A DNA stretch of 63,367 bases, filler included, from Basidiobolus meristosporus CBS 931.73 (GCA_002104905.1; 3 parts of 3 records of this genome joined end to end with filler, not necessarily neighbours in it), one strand, 5' to 3'; counted from the first letter of the whole stretch, positions 1 through 13,554 are shown. Made by a program: numbers and translations. The notes: a model not told the origin generated them from the letters alone.

Positions 1-598
1 TGGGACTTAATCAAATTACAAATGGACCAAAATCAATTGAATGCAGATGAGTGTGTGAGTCAAAATACAAGGCTGATGATGAAATTGAAAGATACTAAGC
101 AAGACTTGTGGCCAAAGAATACGCACAGACAAAAGGACTTGACTATACTGAGACCTTTGCACTGGTAGCCAGCTTTAATTCCATTAGATTAACATTGGCT
201 ATTACAGCCATATATAAGTATTTACATATTAATTGGATGTAAAGCTGCATTTTTGAATGGAGTATATGACTGCCTGTGAAGTCACAAAAGAAGCAATTTG
301 GCTAAGGAAGCTTTTAAAGAATTAGGCATATGTCAAAAATGCCTTTTACTTTATTTCAAGATAATCACAGAATTATACAATTAGGTAGTTATCCAACCAT
401 TCATGTTAGAATTAAGCACATAGATATTAGACATCATTTTATACATGAAGCTAAAGTGAGTAGCCTAGTTAACCTAGCTCACTGTTTTACAGATGAAATG
501 ATTGCAGATATAGTTACCAAACCATAAGCTAGAGACAGGTTTGAATATCTTGGGTCACAATCAGGACTAGTCACTATGAGCATTTAGTTAAGTGGAAG
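1..598 (+). mobile_element. Ty1/copia 3' internal relic (RT fragment, RNase H, polypurine tract)
   Basis: Degenerate RT motif ([21 protein letters not shown]) at 100-170. ORF 330..527 carries the copia RNase H motif KHIDIRHHFI..MIADI. PPT AGTTAAGTGGAAG at 586-598 directly precedes the LTR. Confidence 0.85.
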
Positions 599-945
599 TG
601 TTGTAATAATTGATATTTCCACCTAAATACTTACCTAACTTAGTCATTTCAATCATTACCTTCAGATCCTAGAGTATACTGACCAAATTCCTTGTTGGGA
701 TTTACTTGGACTATTTTCACCAAAATATCAGGTACCCAGAACATGAAAACTAGATAAGTTGTCCAAACTGACCCAAGCTTTGCACACATGTTTTTGGGAC
801 CCTTCTAAGCCTATTCTACATGTTTGGTATGCAAGACCATGTAAAAGTATAAATATTACTTTTACATTCAATAAATCATTAAGTGAAATCACATAATATT
901 CTTGTTTGCCCAATCACCTCGAATATCACCAAGTCTCTTACAGCA
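599..945 (+). repeat. Copia family 3' LTR (~347 bp)
   Basis: Starts TGTTGTAA and ends TTACAGCA. Clearly homologous to the LTRs at 16430, 19053, 20147, 34239, 37309 and 54767. Confidence 0.85.
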
Positions 946-2060
946 ATTAGAACTATTAATCTGATCATATTGCAGCAGTTAAGTGGACTTGTAGATACTT
1001 AAAAGGGGCTGCTGATATCTGCTTAAGGTACTCCTATTAGGATTTAGAACAAGATCTTGTGGTACACTCAAAAACTGATTGGGAACAAACTTTAGAAGAT
1101 AGCAGATCCACCAAAGGATACACCTTTCTTTACTGTAAAGAGCAATTTAATGAAACTCTAAAAAGCAACCAACTGTAGTACTTTTCACTACAGAGGAAGA
1201 GTATATGGCTGCAAATTTCATAGTTAAACCTGGGCTATCACCTAACTTAGTCACTTAGATCCTTACCTTCAAGTCATAAAGAATTCTGACCAAGTAACAT
1301 ATTGGGATCTACTTGGGACATTCTGACCAAAACATCAGATGTCCAGAGCATGAAAATTCTCAAAGCTGTCCAAACTGCCTAAAACTTTGCACATATACTC
1401 TTGGGACCATTGCAAGCTTATTTTACAAGTTTTCTGCCAAGACTCTGTAAAATATATACACTGATTTTTATATTCAGCAAACAATCAAGTGAAAACCACT
1501 TAATCTACATGTTCTCCTAATCACTTTCAATATCTCCAAAACTCTTACCACTGCAGATACCTCATAAAACAAAATATACATTCACATTCATTAAGTAGGC
1601 AGGTGAAAAGACTCTTGACAGTTTGGGAGAGGTTGGAAGCAACTTGGAGATTATGTAGAGCTTACCTAAGCATATATTGAACACAAGAGTTGTATATATA
1701 CTGCTGCAAGGTGTTGGAAAGACAAGCACATAGAATGTGCTTAATAAAGTCTCATAGGCATGGACGTGAAGTTTGGAAATTTTTAGGCAGCATTAGTAAT
1801 TTTGATTTTTTGGGTACTTGTCATTTTTGCAAAAATATTCAAAGCAAATGTCAGCAAAGAGCATGGGCAGGAAATAGTAAAGTTTATAGCTGCAATCTAA
1901 ATATGCTAGTATAAATATTTAGGCGTAAGTGCAAAATTTACAATAGAAATCAAACAATCTACTATCTCCCCTAATTACCTCCAATATCTTCAAAATCTTC
2001 ATATCAGTTCGCATAATCCCTGGTTTAGCAAGCTCATTCAACTCAAACAAGTGTACTCTA
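946..2060. mobile_element. Older copia RT/RNase H junction fragment and decayed LTR fragments
   Basis: 946-1215 resembles copia RT-RNase H (DHIAAVK..RYLKGAADICL; STKGYTF; KQPTV). 1225-1555 is a decayed copy of the family LTR. Many stops. Confidence 0.6.
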
Positions 2061-2065
2061 ACTAG

Positions 2066-2085
2066 TATATATATATATATATATA
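2066..2085. repeat. (TA)10 microsatellite
   Basis: Read directly from the sequence. Confidence 0.9.
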
Positions 2086-2699
2086 AATCCTAAATTCCAA
2101 AGGACTGAGAATGGATCTTTGATCCGGAATACATGAATAGTTGAACCAAGAATCTCAGCGCCCCAATGAACCATATTTCTATAGACAGTAGAGGTAGACT
2201 AGCCAGCAAGAATACTCACAGTATTTGACAACCTGTTAGGTAGCAATTACTCATATCCATCAATAGTTAACAATTTATTGACCACAAAATGATCCATCTA
2301 CAGTGGTATTGGTATGAACAATTGAAAGCCAAGCGGCTATTTGATGGAAAAACCCCCTTTAAAACACTAGGCAGATGAGCATTGGTGAAAATCCAAATTT
2401 GCAATTGATGAGTACTTCTGGGCTGGCATTGGCCAATAATTCCTTATGTAGCGAATCACAATCCGTTTCACTCGATTAACGGTTGGATTAGAGTGGCTTC
2501 GCTTGAAAGTGAATAAGGATTCCTTTGCAATACAAATCTCTCCCTTCGAATGCTCATGCAGCTGAGGGGGAGTCCTTACTCATGTGCACAACCAGCGACT
2601 ACCGCGGGTAGATCATTCAAGGGGATCAAGTGTTCCATTGTAGCCTCGTCCATGCCAGCCACCAAGCACTGGCTGGTCAGAACAACATTATCCGACAAC

Positions 2700-4330
2700 G
2701 CGCCTCACCATAAGCTGCCTTGTTGAACTTGCTTCGCAGCGCTGATACAGATTTTAGCCTCTACCCCAATAACCAGCTATGGGTGGACAAGCAGTTCAAA
2801 AGGTAGGAGTCCAAGGAATTCCACCAATGATTGCATTATTCTTGCGATGGTGCAAATTGCTTGCGTATCAAACTGGACCCCATTCGTCAATGAGGACTGG
2901 TATTTTTCATTTGTCTAACCCCTGGTTAACCATCATCCAGTCTTACCACTGGACAGTCGGGCTAGGCAGTCATCTATTCCAGTCGCAACATGCTGATTAC
3001 ATCTGGCGGGCCACCAGCACCAGATTACCAGTTGACTTGCCCCTCAACAGCCACTAGTGCTGAAGCAGTGCTTCGACCTCACCGGAGGGCAATGCCGCTG
3101 ACCACAATGCGCCTGGTGTAAAACGTATTTGCGGTCTCCGGACGTACTTGGCCCGGTGCCCATCGAGGTGCTAGCGAATCCACATCATTATACCTATCAT
3201 AACCGCACTAGGCTAGATAGGCCTCCGGTCTCGAGCCCAAAGACACTCCCCAGTTAAGCGTCGGAGGAATGGCGGCATGGACTCGGCTGGGGCTAGGGCG
3301 AAGTCCATTGAACTCGACCATGATCCTGTGTGGTGTTTGTTACTCAGATGTGGGGTAGCTAGCCATATGCCATACGCCTCTTCGCTAGATCAGACGTCGA
3401 GATTCAGCAATGGCAGGATACATGTCTGCCAGCTGTGTTCTGCGTACAAGAGTAGCGATTTTCCACTCTGGCCAATGGGTGATGAGTGGATAGGATAGTG
3501 ATGTAAGATTCCATATCAAGCACAGGTCCATATGGCGATGCGCGTGGCCAATGCGGATCTAGTGTTGGCATTTATGAATGCAGGTGCTTCGATCCCGCCA
3601 GTGAGGAATTTCCGATTCATATGATTATAGTGTTAGCGGCTCTTTCCGCACATCTTTACACAACACACATGGGCACAGTAGCTAATTGTCACAATGGCAG
3701 CTGGCCCAACAGATTGGCACTTCGATGCCAGAGTTCTGATGGCAGGCTTGTCAATTCAGCCGCTAGTCACAGCCAACCATCCCAGCGCAGCCCGATGGCT
3801 GGTATCATGACATGTACTGATCCTGTGCATGGGTTATATTCAACTGTGGAGTGAACCAGTGATCGAACACTGCGATTCAGGATTGTGTTCTGGAATGATT
3901 TGTAGTCGATAGCCCCCAACCCGAGGTGAGGTAACCTGGTCACCAGGAGGCAATTTGGTTTTTCTGCCATGGCTTGCTGGGTGCCCTCGACTAAAGAGAC
4001 AGTTCGAAATGTTGAGCTCTGTCATTTTCCCACTTGCTACGGCACAGCGGAAGGGAGAAAAGACTCTTTTGAATCGGGGTTAGTTAGTAGATGAGGGGAT
4101 CGGTGGGAATGTTTGGATATCGATGGTTCGAATACAGTTACCACCAGCCGAAGAGTAGATGTAAGGGGTGAAAGCGCAATGCATAGGGGGCGGATATGCA
4201 TTAGGAGCGAGTTATCAAGCGCATCTAGGCATTTCAGATAAGAGTATCTTGTGTTTCGAAATATTGCCTGTGTTGTAGGCAGGCTTGTCATTGCTCCCTA
4301 GTATCTCTATGGAGACGTGGGTAACATAAA
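2700..4330 (-). mobile_element. Probable degenerate non-LTR retrotransposon relic (region C-terminal to RT, L1-like)
   Basis: Minus-strand fragments loosely resemble L1-type motifs: RYSYLKCL (YLG-like), LPHLGLGAID..FQNTIL (LP..GGLG-like), and a possible frameshifted C-x2-C..CP..YW zinc finger near 2800-2870. Motif matches are weak. Confidence 0.35.
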
Positions 4331-4735
4331 TTTGCCAGCATAAGAATAAGGTTGCACCTTAATTTGACCGATCCTCCATGATTGGGTAGCTTGGACCTGT
4401 GTTTTATTAATTCCCTCTAATATAGAAATATGTGGATTTCCCTACTTTAGCAGATTATTATAGAGGTTACTCCATGCTAGATTCTAGAAGACAATTTCCC
4501 AGTAATTCACACATTCACTTACACAATTCAAGTTCCGGAATCTCATCTCCATTTAACTTTGTTCAACCCAAGTAAACATCGCTTTTCTTTTGCACCTCCC
4601 TCGCTCTCCTTTTTCTCAACCAGAATACCTTTTCTAGCACTTCGTCGAACGCAAATAGGTTTCTTCTTATTTCATCTGACGCATTTTCATCAAGACGCAC
4701 CATCCATCTGATAAAGTTTCTGTTGGTGGGAAACC

Positions 4736-7700
4736 ATGTTAGCCACTTCAAATCCCATCAAGTAAGTTGCAATTCCGCCCCATCTGTGAGACATGCATTT
4801 GCTGACTACGCCTTACCACTTCCATATGTTGCACAACAGTCAAAAGAAGGGGAAAAACCGCAGAAGGAACAAGAAGAAGCAAACAAAGGCAAAAGATGGA
4901 GACACAGGAGTCTCTTTCACCGAAAGGGCCGTAGAGTCGACGAAGACCTTTGAGTTCCAAGGGCTTAAAGAGTTCCAAGCCAGAGTCTCCCTGTATGCGC
5001 TCGTTTCTTCTCTGCCTGGTAACGTGTTGAAGCGTATCTCGCAGCATTTATTTCTTCAAAAAGACCGTCTATCGTTTTCACTAGTTAACAAAGCATGGCA
5101 TGAGGCGGGAAATGAGGCGCTGTGGTATACTCCCTCATTCTGGAGTACCTCGAGGTTTGCTCTGTTTTACAGGGCCATTACGGTGAATGCTAAGCTGGCT
5201 TCCAGTGTGGTCGAGTTGAATCTGGTGCTGAGTGACACTTCTGAAAACCAGATTTTCTTCTCCGAAGACCCGCAATGCCGTTTACTTCGCAAATCTCCAA
5301 TCGCTGATGCACATATCATCCAGAAGCTGGTCAAGGCCTGTAAGAGCCTCAAGCGGCTCCACATGTATGGCTGGAATTTCGACGATACCTCCATGAAGAA
5401 GGTGCTTTCGGTGGCCACCGAAGTGACTGCCCTACGAGTGGTTGGCTCTGATGCTCTTACCCAGCGGCCATTCTTGGAAGCCCCCATGAAACTGCAGAGC
5501 TTTGTACTCGATGCAAATTTACAGCTGAACGATCTGTTTGTGCGGATCTCGTCTTCACGCTTCCAAGCACTTAAATCATTACATCTAGCAGCTAGCAACA
5601 TAAGCGAGAAAGGCTTCAATATATTGGCTGACAACATACAGAACCTTCAAGAGTTATGTATCCATCAAAGCCCGGGCTTCAACGACACCATTGTGGAGAA
5701 GCTTACGCGGAACTGCTTTAATTTGGAGAAGATCTCCATTCAGCATTGCGGGATCACCCTGTCCAGCTTGCAGCTGCTAGTTGAGAGTAATGTGAACCTG
5801 AAAGAGATTCGTTTAAATCTAGATGTCGCCGATGACGACGAGAGCGCCGTTTCATGGATGATGCCCATCTGCGAAAGCCTGGAGCTTCTCTCCCTGGAAA
5901 ATGCCATGATTGACGACGATTTGTTGCAAAACATAGGCATGCATTGCCCCAAAATTAGAGACCTCAGCCTGGTCCAGTGTGATTTAGTCACTGATGACTG
6001 TATCCGATTCTTCTCTGAGAGTTTAGAGGGGCTTGCCAATGTCCACCTAGCTAACTGCGAACATTTGACGGGCGGTTCGCTATTTAGCCTACTCAGCTTG
6101 CAGAGGAAGTCGTTACGGTCGATTACATTCAAATTCAATGGCGACTTCGATGTGTCGAACGAAACCAAGAATCTGTTACGAAATGCTCCAAACCTTCAGG
6201 AGCTTAAGCTTCAAGGATATGAGAGCCAAATCGCCACCAAAGAATGGTGCAACCTATTGAAAAGATTCAGGAGTACCGCTGGCTCAACTCAGACCCCCTT
6301 CTTGAATTTCATTTCGAACCTGCAGGAATCCCCCAGCAATTCCCGACCCACCAGCCCTCCACAGAAGGAAACTAGAAAGCGCGACACTGTTCATGAGAAC
6401 GAGCCTGATTCTGCTGCTTCAGTTTCCAAGGCGGAAGATGAGAATTCCACCAAGAAAAAGAAGAAGGAGTCGGTGGTTGAGTCGACTCCTGTGCCAGCCA
6501 GTGTCGGTTCTGCAAATGGTGCTGGCAAGCCAGAGAGCATTCAACGAGTAATTCCTTGGAGAGAATGGGGCGAAGGGAGCGAGGACTCCGAGGAGGAAGT
6601 ATCCGGCTCACCCATGCCTCCAGCTACACCAAAGGTGGAGCAGAAGATGCTTCAAGGAAGTGGCAAATTCGGCACTATCCGAAAGGGGGATGCACTTAAT
6701 TTCTTACAGCAATTACAGGCAGTCCCAGACATCCTGGAGCCGGAATTCAACGAGACTCAGGATTTCCAATATACCGTTGAGCGCGAGAAGTCCGATGGCG
6801 CCGAGCCCATGGACATCCCTCCGGAGGAGAGTGAGGACTTCGTCTACAGTGCCGAGAAGGATGGCTCACCTGTGGATCAACCACCAGCAAAGCCAACTGA
6901 GCTCGTCAAGTTTACTTATAACCCGTATGCACCGGAATTTTTCTACCAGCCGAAGGCTAAGAGCGAGGCTAAACCGGCGGAGGTCAATCCTCCCGTCGCA
7001 CTTAACGGGATTGACTACGAGGAATTCGTCTACCACGCTGATCAGGATCCAATAGCATCGGCAACGAGCGACCAATTCGAATACACCATGGATGAGAGAT
7101 CGGATGGCTTTGTGACCGAAGAATTCAACTATGGTGGCGCGGATGATCACGAGGCATTTACCTATGTCGACCAGTCTAGTAAAGCACAGGCCGCATCCTA
7201 CGATCAACTAGATCAAGACGCATTTGTGTATGCAACTGAGACCGAATCTATCCACGCAGATGCCCAAGACTTGGTATTCACATACCCCAGCGAGGCCCCT
7301 ATTGTCGAGGCATCCGCACCATTTGAGGACGATTCAAATGAATTTGTCTACACGGCTGCAGCAGATCAATTCAGTTATAGCTCCGCAAAGGACGATGATG
7401 AATTTAGCTACCAGCAGGAGGTAAGTATGACTGCCCCTGTAGAAGAAATGGATTCCGGCGAGTTCGTCTACACCCCACAAGAGAACGAGAGTGAATTCAT
7501 CTACAATGTGGGCAAGGATAAGAACAGTTCGTGCGACCCCATTGGCGATTCTGATGAGGAGTTCGTCTACTCGGATGTAAAGGAGGAACTTAGCCGGACT
7601 GGTCTGTCGGACGAGGCTCCTTTCCAAATTCCTGACGAGATGAATGGGCAGAGTAGTTCTGACGAGTTCGTTTACACGAAGCTCGAAGTAGGCCCGAGCG

Positions 7701-10700
7701 AGTTATCTGCGGAGACAGAGGAGTTTGTCTACTCGCAACCTGCAGATCAATCGGAGCCCGTAGAGTTCGTATATAGCAATGAGAAGAAAGCCCCCTCACC
7801 TGTTCCCGAATTCATCTACCTCAGTAACGAGCCCGCTGGCAGCGAGACTGCCCACCCACTGGATATTTCGGATGAGCCCGTGGCACCTGTGGATGTAGAG
7901 CCTTCATACTCGTATCCCGAAGAGCACACCCCAACCAACAAGGAATTCGCTTACCCGACCAATGAGGAATTCATCTATTCTGAAGTGGAGAATCAAATCC
8001 CTCATCAGGCTACTCAGCTCCCCGCTCAGGACGCTGTTGAGCCAATGAATGAGGTGGAGGAGTACTCCGATCCCGAGCTCTGGGTCGGCTGGAAAACTGA
8101 GGATGAGTGGAAGCGTATCAGCAACAACAAGCTATCCGCCACCAACGTCTTTTTCAAGAACGCCTTGTCAGCCGATGAGGCAGAGGAGACCTTAAAGGGG
8201 CTCAAGGGCTATGAAAGGATGATTCACTCGGCTCCTGGATCCACCCCCGGTAGCAAGACCCAGAGGCAAGGTACCCTTCGCAAGCAATTGGCGAATTTCC
8301 TGGCGGAGGCAAGCCAGATCCGAAATGAAAAGAAAGAGCAGATCCAGTACCAAACTTACCTCGAGGGGAACGAACTGCCTGCGAACATGTATATGTCGAA
8401 CGACGCCATGGACTGGGAACAGGCTAGATCGGCACCAAACTATTCCGAATATTACCATCATAACGCATACCCAGCTCCCTACGAGGAGTATCCTTACGAG
8501 CAACTTGAGCCTCCTCACGGAGCTCCTCAGATGCACGTCGAGCAAGCAATGATACCCGCACACATGCCCTTGCCTGAGGCTAAGCCAGCATTCCAGATCC
8601 AAGAGTTCGGTTCCATTGGCTCAGGATTTAAATTCGACTACGAACAAATCATGAAAGAAGTCGAATCCCTGCCTAGGTCGATTCGGGACAATTTCGCCCA
8701 GAAATCCAAGGAGAATGTGGGCTTACACCAGGTGGAGTATTCGGCCAACCATGAGGAGGAGTTCGAGTACTCAGCACACAAGTATGACACTGGCGTAGAC
8801 GAGGATGCTGATGACGAGGACGAGTTCGAATTCGACTATACCAAGATCAAGGGCGAATTGAAGCCGGATGACACTAACCATGAGTCCGAAGTCAATTTTT
8901 CGTCAAACGCTGGAGAAGGTGATAATCAAGGGGAAGGGGAAGAGGAAGAGTTCAATTACCTGCAGTATAGTCAAGAAGGCCAAGATGAGCCTGAACGACC
9001 AGAGGTCGAAGAGTTCAATTATCTGGCTGAGGTGGAATCCAAAGACCATCAGAACTCCTTTGATTATCTCGTCGTCAAATCCGTTGCCGTCGAGTCATCT
9101 GATGAAGAATTCAATTACATGGTCTCCAAGGAGCAGACTGATTTATTGGCCGATTCAACCCACTCCGCTGACGAAACCTTTGACTACATGGAGGCGAAGA
9201 ACGAAGTAAGCAGTGATCCAATCGAATCCACTCCCTTGCTGGTGCTTCCAAACGATGGTCAGACAGCTACCGTATCTATCACTCCAGCAGATTCCGAGGA
9301 GTTCGACTACTCGATGATCAAGAGATCTGAGAAGAAGATTCATCCAGTCAGCCTTTTGCAAGAGCACGCCGCCGACACAGTGCCTTCTTCTCCCTTCGAA
9401 AGTAGCCCATCATGGGAGCGCCAGGTATTCAAAGAGGAGCGGAAGCTTTTCGATACACTGAGTGTGGAGCCCATGGCGGAGCAGGAATTCAGCTACCTTG
9501 ATTCCCAAGGGGAGGTCAACAGCGAGCAGGATGCACCGCCCGCCGCGGAGGAGAAGCATCCTGAAGAATTCGGTTATCAGTCAGACTCCAAGTTTGCTAC
9601 CTCCAACCCCTCAAATATAGAAACTCAATCGGAAGAAACGTTTGATTACGTTCAAGAGAAAACCTTTGAAGTGGCAGAATCGACTGCCGAACGTCCATCG
9701 CACAAAGCGAGTATTGAGGAGTACCCCCCTCCAGCCGAGAATTACTCTGAACAATACTCCGAGCTCCATGATGACTTCACTCACATTCTCGAACCTGCCA
9801 TGGCTGGCGGTGAGAAGGAGCAGATCTTTGCTACCAAGGATCTTCTCGATTCGGCGCCTGAAGAGTATGTTGCCGCTATCCAACGAGAGAAATCCTCCAA
9901 ATCTGAGCTGGAGCATAAGGTGTTTGGACAAGCATCCAACATACTGAAGTCTTTGCTCGACCAGGCCCACCAATCGGACGTGGAGAAGGAGCAAGACATG
10001 TCCTCCCCGGAAATGGAGTCCAAGGAGGACAAGAAATCCAGAAAGAAGAAGAAGAAGGAGAAGGAGCTCGAGAGGAAACAGAAGGAGCAGGAGAGGAAGG
10101 AGAAGAAGGAAAGAAGGGAAAAGGAACAGAAGGAGAAAGAGAAGGAGAAAGCCCAAAAGGAAAAACAAAAGGACAAAAAGAAACACGACTCCGTCTCGGA
10201 GTCCGCTGACCAATCCACAACGGCTCCACCCCTTTACCCTACTCTGCAAGACTCTGCTATCGAACAGCTCCTGCTTCAACTGGAAGACAAAAAAGAGCAC
10301 TCGAGCAAGGAAAAGAAGAAGGAGATCCAATTGGACATCGATAAAGTCAAATCCTTCACCGAGTCCTCCCAAGATAGTCTTGCCACATCCACCAACAATG
10401 GCAAGACCGATGAGATTCTAAACTCGATTCTGGAGATGCTGGGGCTTAACGAAGGCGAAACCAAGGGTAGCCAACCGTTGACCAACGGAAATCTTGTGGA
10501 ATCCGACGAGGTGAACTTGATGTCGGAGCCAGTCCCCACTTCAGAGAAGAAATCCAAGAAATCCAAGAGTCAGAAGCAAGGTACTGCATTGCCCAGCCGA
10601 GGAATTTGGTCTGGTTCATAGTGGAATTCACCCGCTGACCTTCACCTTTACTTCAATCTACAGATTCCGTAGCCCCTGAGGATGGCCAAGAAGTCCAGCC

Positions 10701-11199
10701 ATCGGAGAGTGAGAACCCTGCCAAATCGAAGGAGAAGAATTCCCAGGAATCCCCCGAGAAGAGCAAGCCAACAAAATCCGCCAAGTCCACCAAATCGGCC
10801 GACAAGATCCTCGAGCAGAACACTCCCGAGGTCGTGTCCAGAAATGGGACTTCCGAACCAAGGAAATCCAAGTCACGCAGCCGATCGTCGAAAGGCAGAA
10901 CGTTGGTGCGCCTGGATATCGAGACTCGCCGCTTCGGTCAACAGCTGCTCTGCGTTAAAGAGGTATTTATTGATTCGGGATGATTGAAACCACGGATCCA
11001 TTTACCAAACTTCAACTTTCATTCCAAGGCGGATCTTCCCGACCATGTGGTGGAGCGATTCTGTTACAAGTACGACTTGGTCGATCTCATGCCCGGCCTG
11101 CTTCGCTACGTGAAGAAGATTGTGGCCAAAAAGCAGAGGGAGTCCAGGGCAGACGCGCAGATGGCGGCCGAGGCGGAGGTGGAGGTGGAGGCGGAGTAA
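4736..11199 (+). CDS. F-box / leucine-rich-repeat (RNI-like) protein with a long acidic disordered F-x-Y repeat region. Predicted exons 4736-4761, 4840-10580, 10664-10962, 11029-11199 (~2078 aa)
   Basis: F-box motif LPGNVLKRISQHL..KDRLSFSLVNKAWHEAGNEALW followed by cysteine-containing LRRs. Three GT-AG introns (78, 83, 66 nt; the first two with GCTGAC branch sites) whose phases join the reading frame exactly. The 5' start is less certain. Confidence 0.85.
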
Positions 11200-11743
11200 T
11201 GTTAGGAAAACTACCCACCAACAATTCGACATCGCTTCCTTTACATGTAGTATATTTCTTTTTATGTTTAACTCGCTTCAAGGTCGCCTAAACACTTAAT
11301 ATTCCCCATTAATTAACCACGGCCGCCCGCCCGCGCCCACATCCACCTGCCCTCATCTCGATCCATCCCACCACATCCCCCCCATCAGTTACTCCAATGC
11401 TACCTATCTCTTTCGATATTCTTCGTTCTATCATTTTGGCTCTCGCCACCACTAGCACAGCTTAGAAAATTAAAGATGAGAAAAACGCAACAGTGCTGGA
11501 CCTCCTGTGCCCTTGCTATTCTCCCATGCGTCGGGGTACCACCCTCTGGGGTCACGTGATTCGACCACCTTGAGCCCGATACAAGCTTCACAACGACCAG
11601 ATCCGATTGAGATTTCTACAGTAGCGGTATCAAACCTAGCTATTAGACTCATCCATCTGCGTATTACCGGAAACTATGCGAAGCCAACAGGGGCGTGTTT
11701 ATTGTCGATTGTAAGATTGATGTGATGGGTAAATCTCGCATGC

Positions 11744-12134
11744 TTAATCGAAGAGACCGAAACCCATATCGTCGTCGGATTCCTCCTTGGCCTCCTCCTT
11801 CTCTTCGGCAGCGGGGGCAGCCTCGGCGGAACCGGCGGCGGAAGCACCAGTGGCGGCGGCAGGGGCAGAGCCAGCGGAGCCGACGTTCATCAACAAGTCA
11901 CTGAGGTTCTTTCCAGCCAAGGCCTTGGCGAAAAGGGAAGCCCAGATGGGTTCAACCTCGACACCGGCAGCTTTGATGAGGGTGGTGAGCTTGTCAGACT
12001 AGAGCGGGAAGTCGGTTTAGCGAAACAGTTTGCTGCGTGGGGCTCTAGTACGAGACGATGGGACTTACGGTGATTTCAACCCCGTCATCTTGAAGGATGA
12101 GGGAAGCGTAGACGATGGCTTGTTCAGCAGACAT
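11744..12134 (-). CDS. RPP1: 60S acidic ribosomal protein P1 (106 aa; exons 12134-12069, 11998-11744)
   Basis: Spliced product [49 protein letters not shown]...[20 protein letters not shown] has the canonical P-protein C-terminus and the P1-type W..LFAKAL. 70-nt GTAAGT..TAG intron; CCACCATG start. Confidence 0.97.
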
Positions 12135-12615
12135 GGTGGCCTAGTTGTGATGCGAGGCTACGGGAAGAGAAGCTTCGAAACCTGATCTGCCATTCCTTTT
12201 GTTGGAGCCATTGACGATCCTTTTCTAGGGTCCATTGATTTTTGGCGTGCGCCCTCTTTTCCGATCGATGCCCCCTCCCCCCTCCAGCATCAATCTTGAT
12301 CATGGCTGAGGACGACTTGGCACGCTTGGTCTTATTTGGATCGGCAACCCTAGCCCTGATCCCGGCCAGCTGTGAAGGTTTCAAGGCTCTCGGCTTGGTG
12401 CCATTCAATTCCCGAATACAGTGGACTTTTTGCATTACACAAGGATCATCATTGAAGCGCACTGACGCGGAGTGGAGCATCCGCAGAGAGCGCACAGCAC
12501 CCCGCCCGTGGTATGCGACGAAGGGCCCTGTGGCAACGGTATGACTGCTGGAGGTATGATCGAAATTCCCGAAAGAATGGGCTTTATTACTTAGTACTAT
12601 ACGTCTTCTCTACAT

Positions 12616-13554
12616 CTACAATACACCCTCAGAAAACCCTCTTGCGAAGAACTGAACATTGTTGTCCAGGGTCTTGTACTGGAGTACCTGTGGAATGAAC
12701 CTGGAGTCTCTGCAGGAGGGTCCTCGAATCAATGCGACCTAGGGAAAAACGCAACCTCTTAGTAAGCATCGAGGGCGACGAACCAAAGAGCCACCTACCT
12801 GTCCGTTGACTTCCTTGGAATAGCCACTGCCCAAAGCCTTGACCTGTAATATGTATGCGGTTTGGTACATCAGGAGCTTCACGAGACTCTCCTGCTCCGG
12901 ATCTTCCAGTAGAGCCTGATCGCTGTGAACCAACGAGACCAATGTGCCTCCATTCTTCTCCATCAGCAGCCTGCTCGCTTGCATGAATCTCTGGAGCTCC
13001 CGCACCGAGACCCCGAGATTGAGTAGAACAGAGACATCGTCGTAGATCAGACAGGTCTGCCCCGCCTCCTCCGAAGAAACCAACCCCTCGAGTTGGCCCA
13101 GGAGGCTCTCAAGGGTGTTTTCCGGAGACAGCGGCCCGAGAACCAGTTCAGGTGTGGTGGGAAGAACAGTGGTGGGTGGTGCAGGGATCTTGCCGGAGCT
13201 GAGCCCGGTCAAGCCGTCGACGAACTTGAACCGGCCGCTCGTCTTGGCCGCGGTCAGGTTCACCCCCTAACAGTCGAGGTAAGTATGCAGAAAGGTCAAG
13301 TGGGTGCGGACTTCGGGTGGACCTACCAATTTGCGGGCAACCAGGTTGTAGTGGTTGAAGATCTGGGAAAAGCCGACCAGCACCACGCGGGTGTTGACGC
13401 TCGTGGGCTTCAGGAAGGTCGTCAGAAAGTGGTACAACAGGAAATCCCCGTTCGCACCCAGGGTGTCCGTGATCAGGAAGTTCTTCCCCCGGGGCGGTAG
13501 GAAGTGTTCGGTATCCTCCCAGTGGAAGGCGGAATGTAACGTAGCGTAGCCCAT
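12616..13554 (-). CDS. ELP6: Elongator complex subunit 6 (272 aa; exons 13554-13327, 13266-12799, 12738-12616)
   Basis: FLITDTLGANGDFLLYHFL, HY..VARKLGVNL, LIYDDVSVLL, L.YQTAYILQVKALGSGYSKEVNGQ and YKTLDNNVQFFARG match Elp6-family patterns. Two 60-nt phase-0 GT-AG introns. Confidence 0.88.

Noticed and set aside
9611-10372. 253-aa Leu/Phe-rich antisense ORF and other minus-strand ORFs over the F-box gene
   Set aside because: Shadow frames of the Lys/Glu-rich sense codons; no independent features.
12346-12353. AACCCTAG telo-box-like motif upstream of RPP1
   Set aside because: Single imperfect short match; cannot be distinguished from chance without other ribosomal protein promoters.
12242-12544. 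100-aa + strand ORF between RPP1 and ELP6
   Set aside because: Starts at TTG, has no recognisable domain and occupies the RPP1 promoter / ELP6 3' region.
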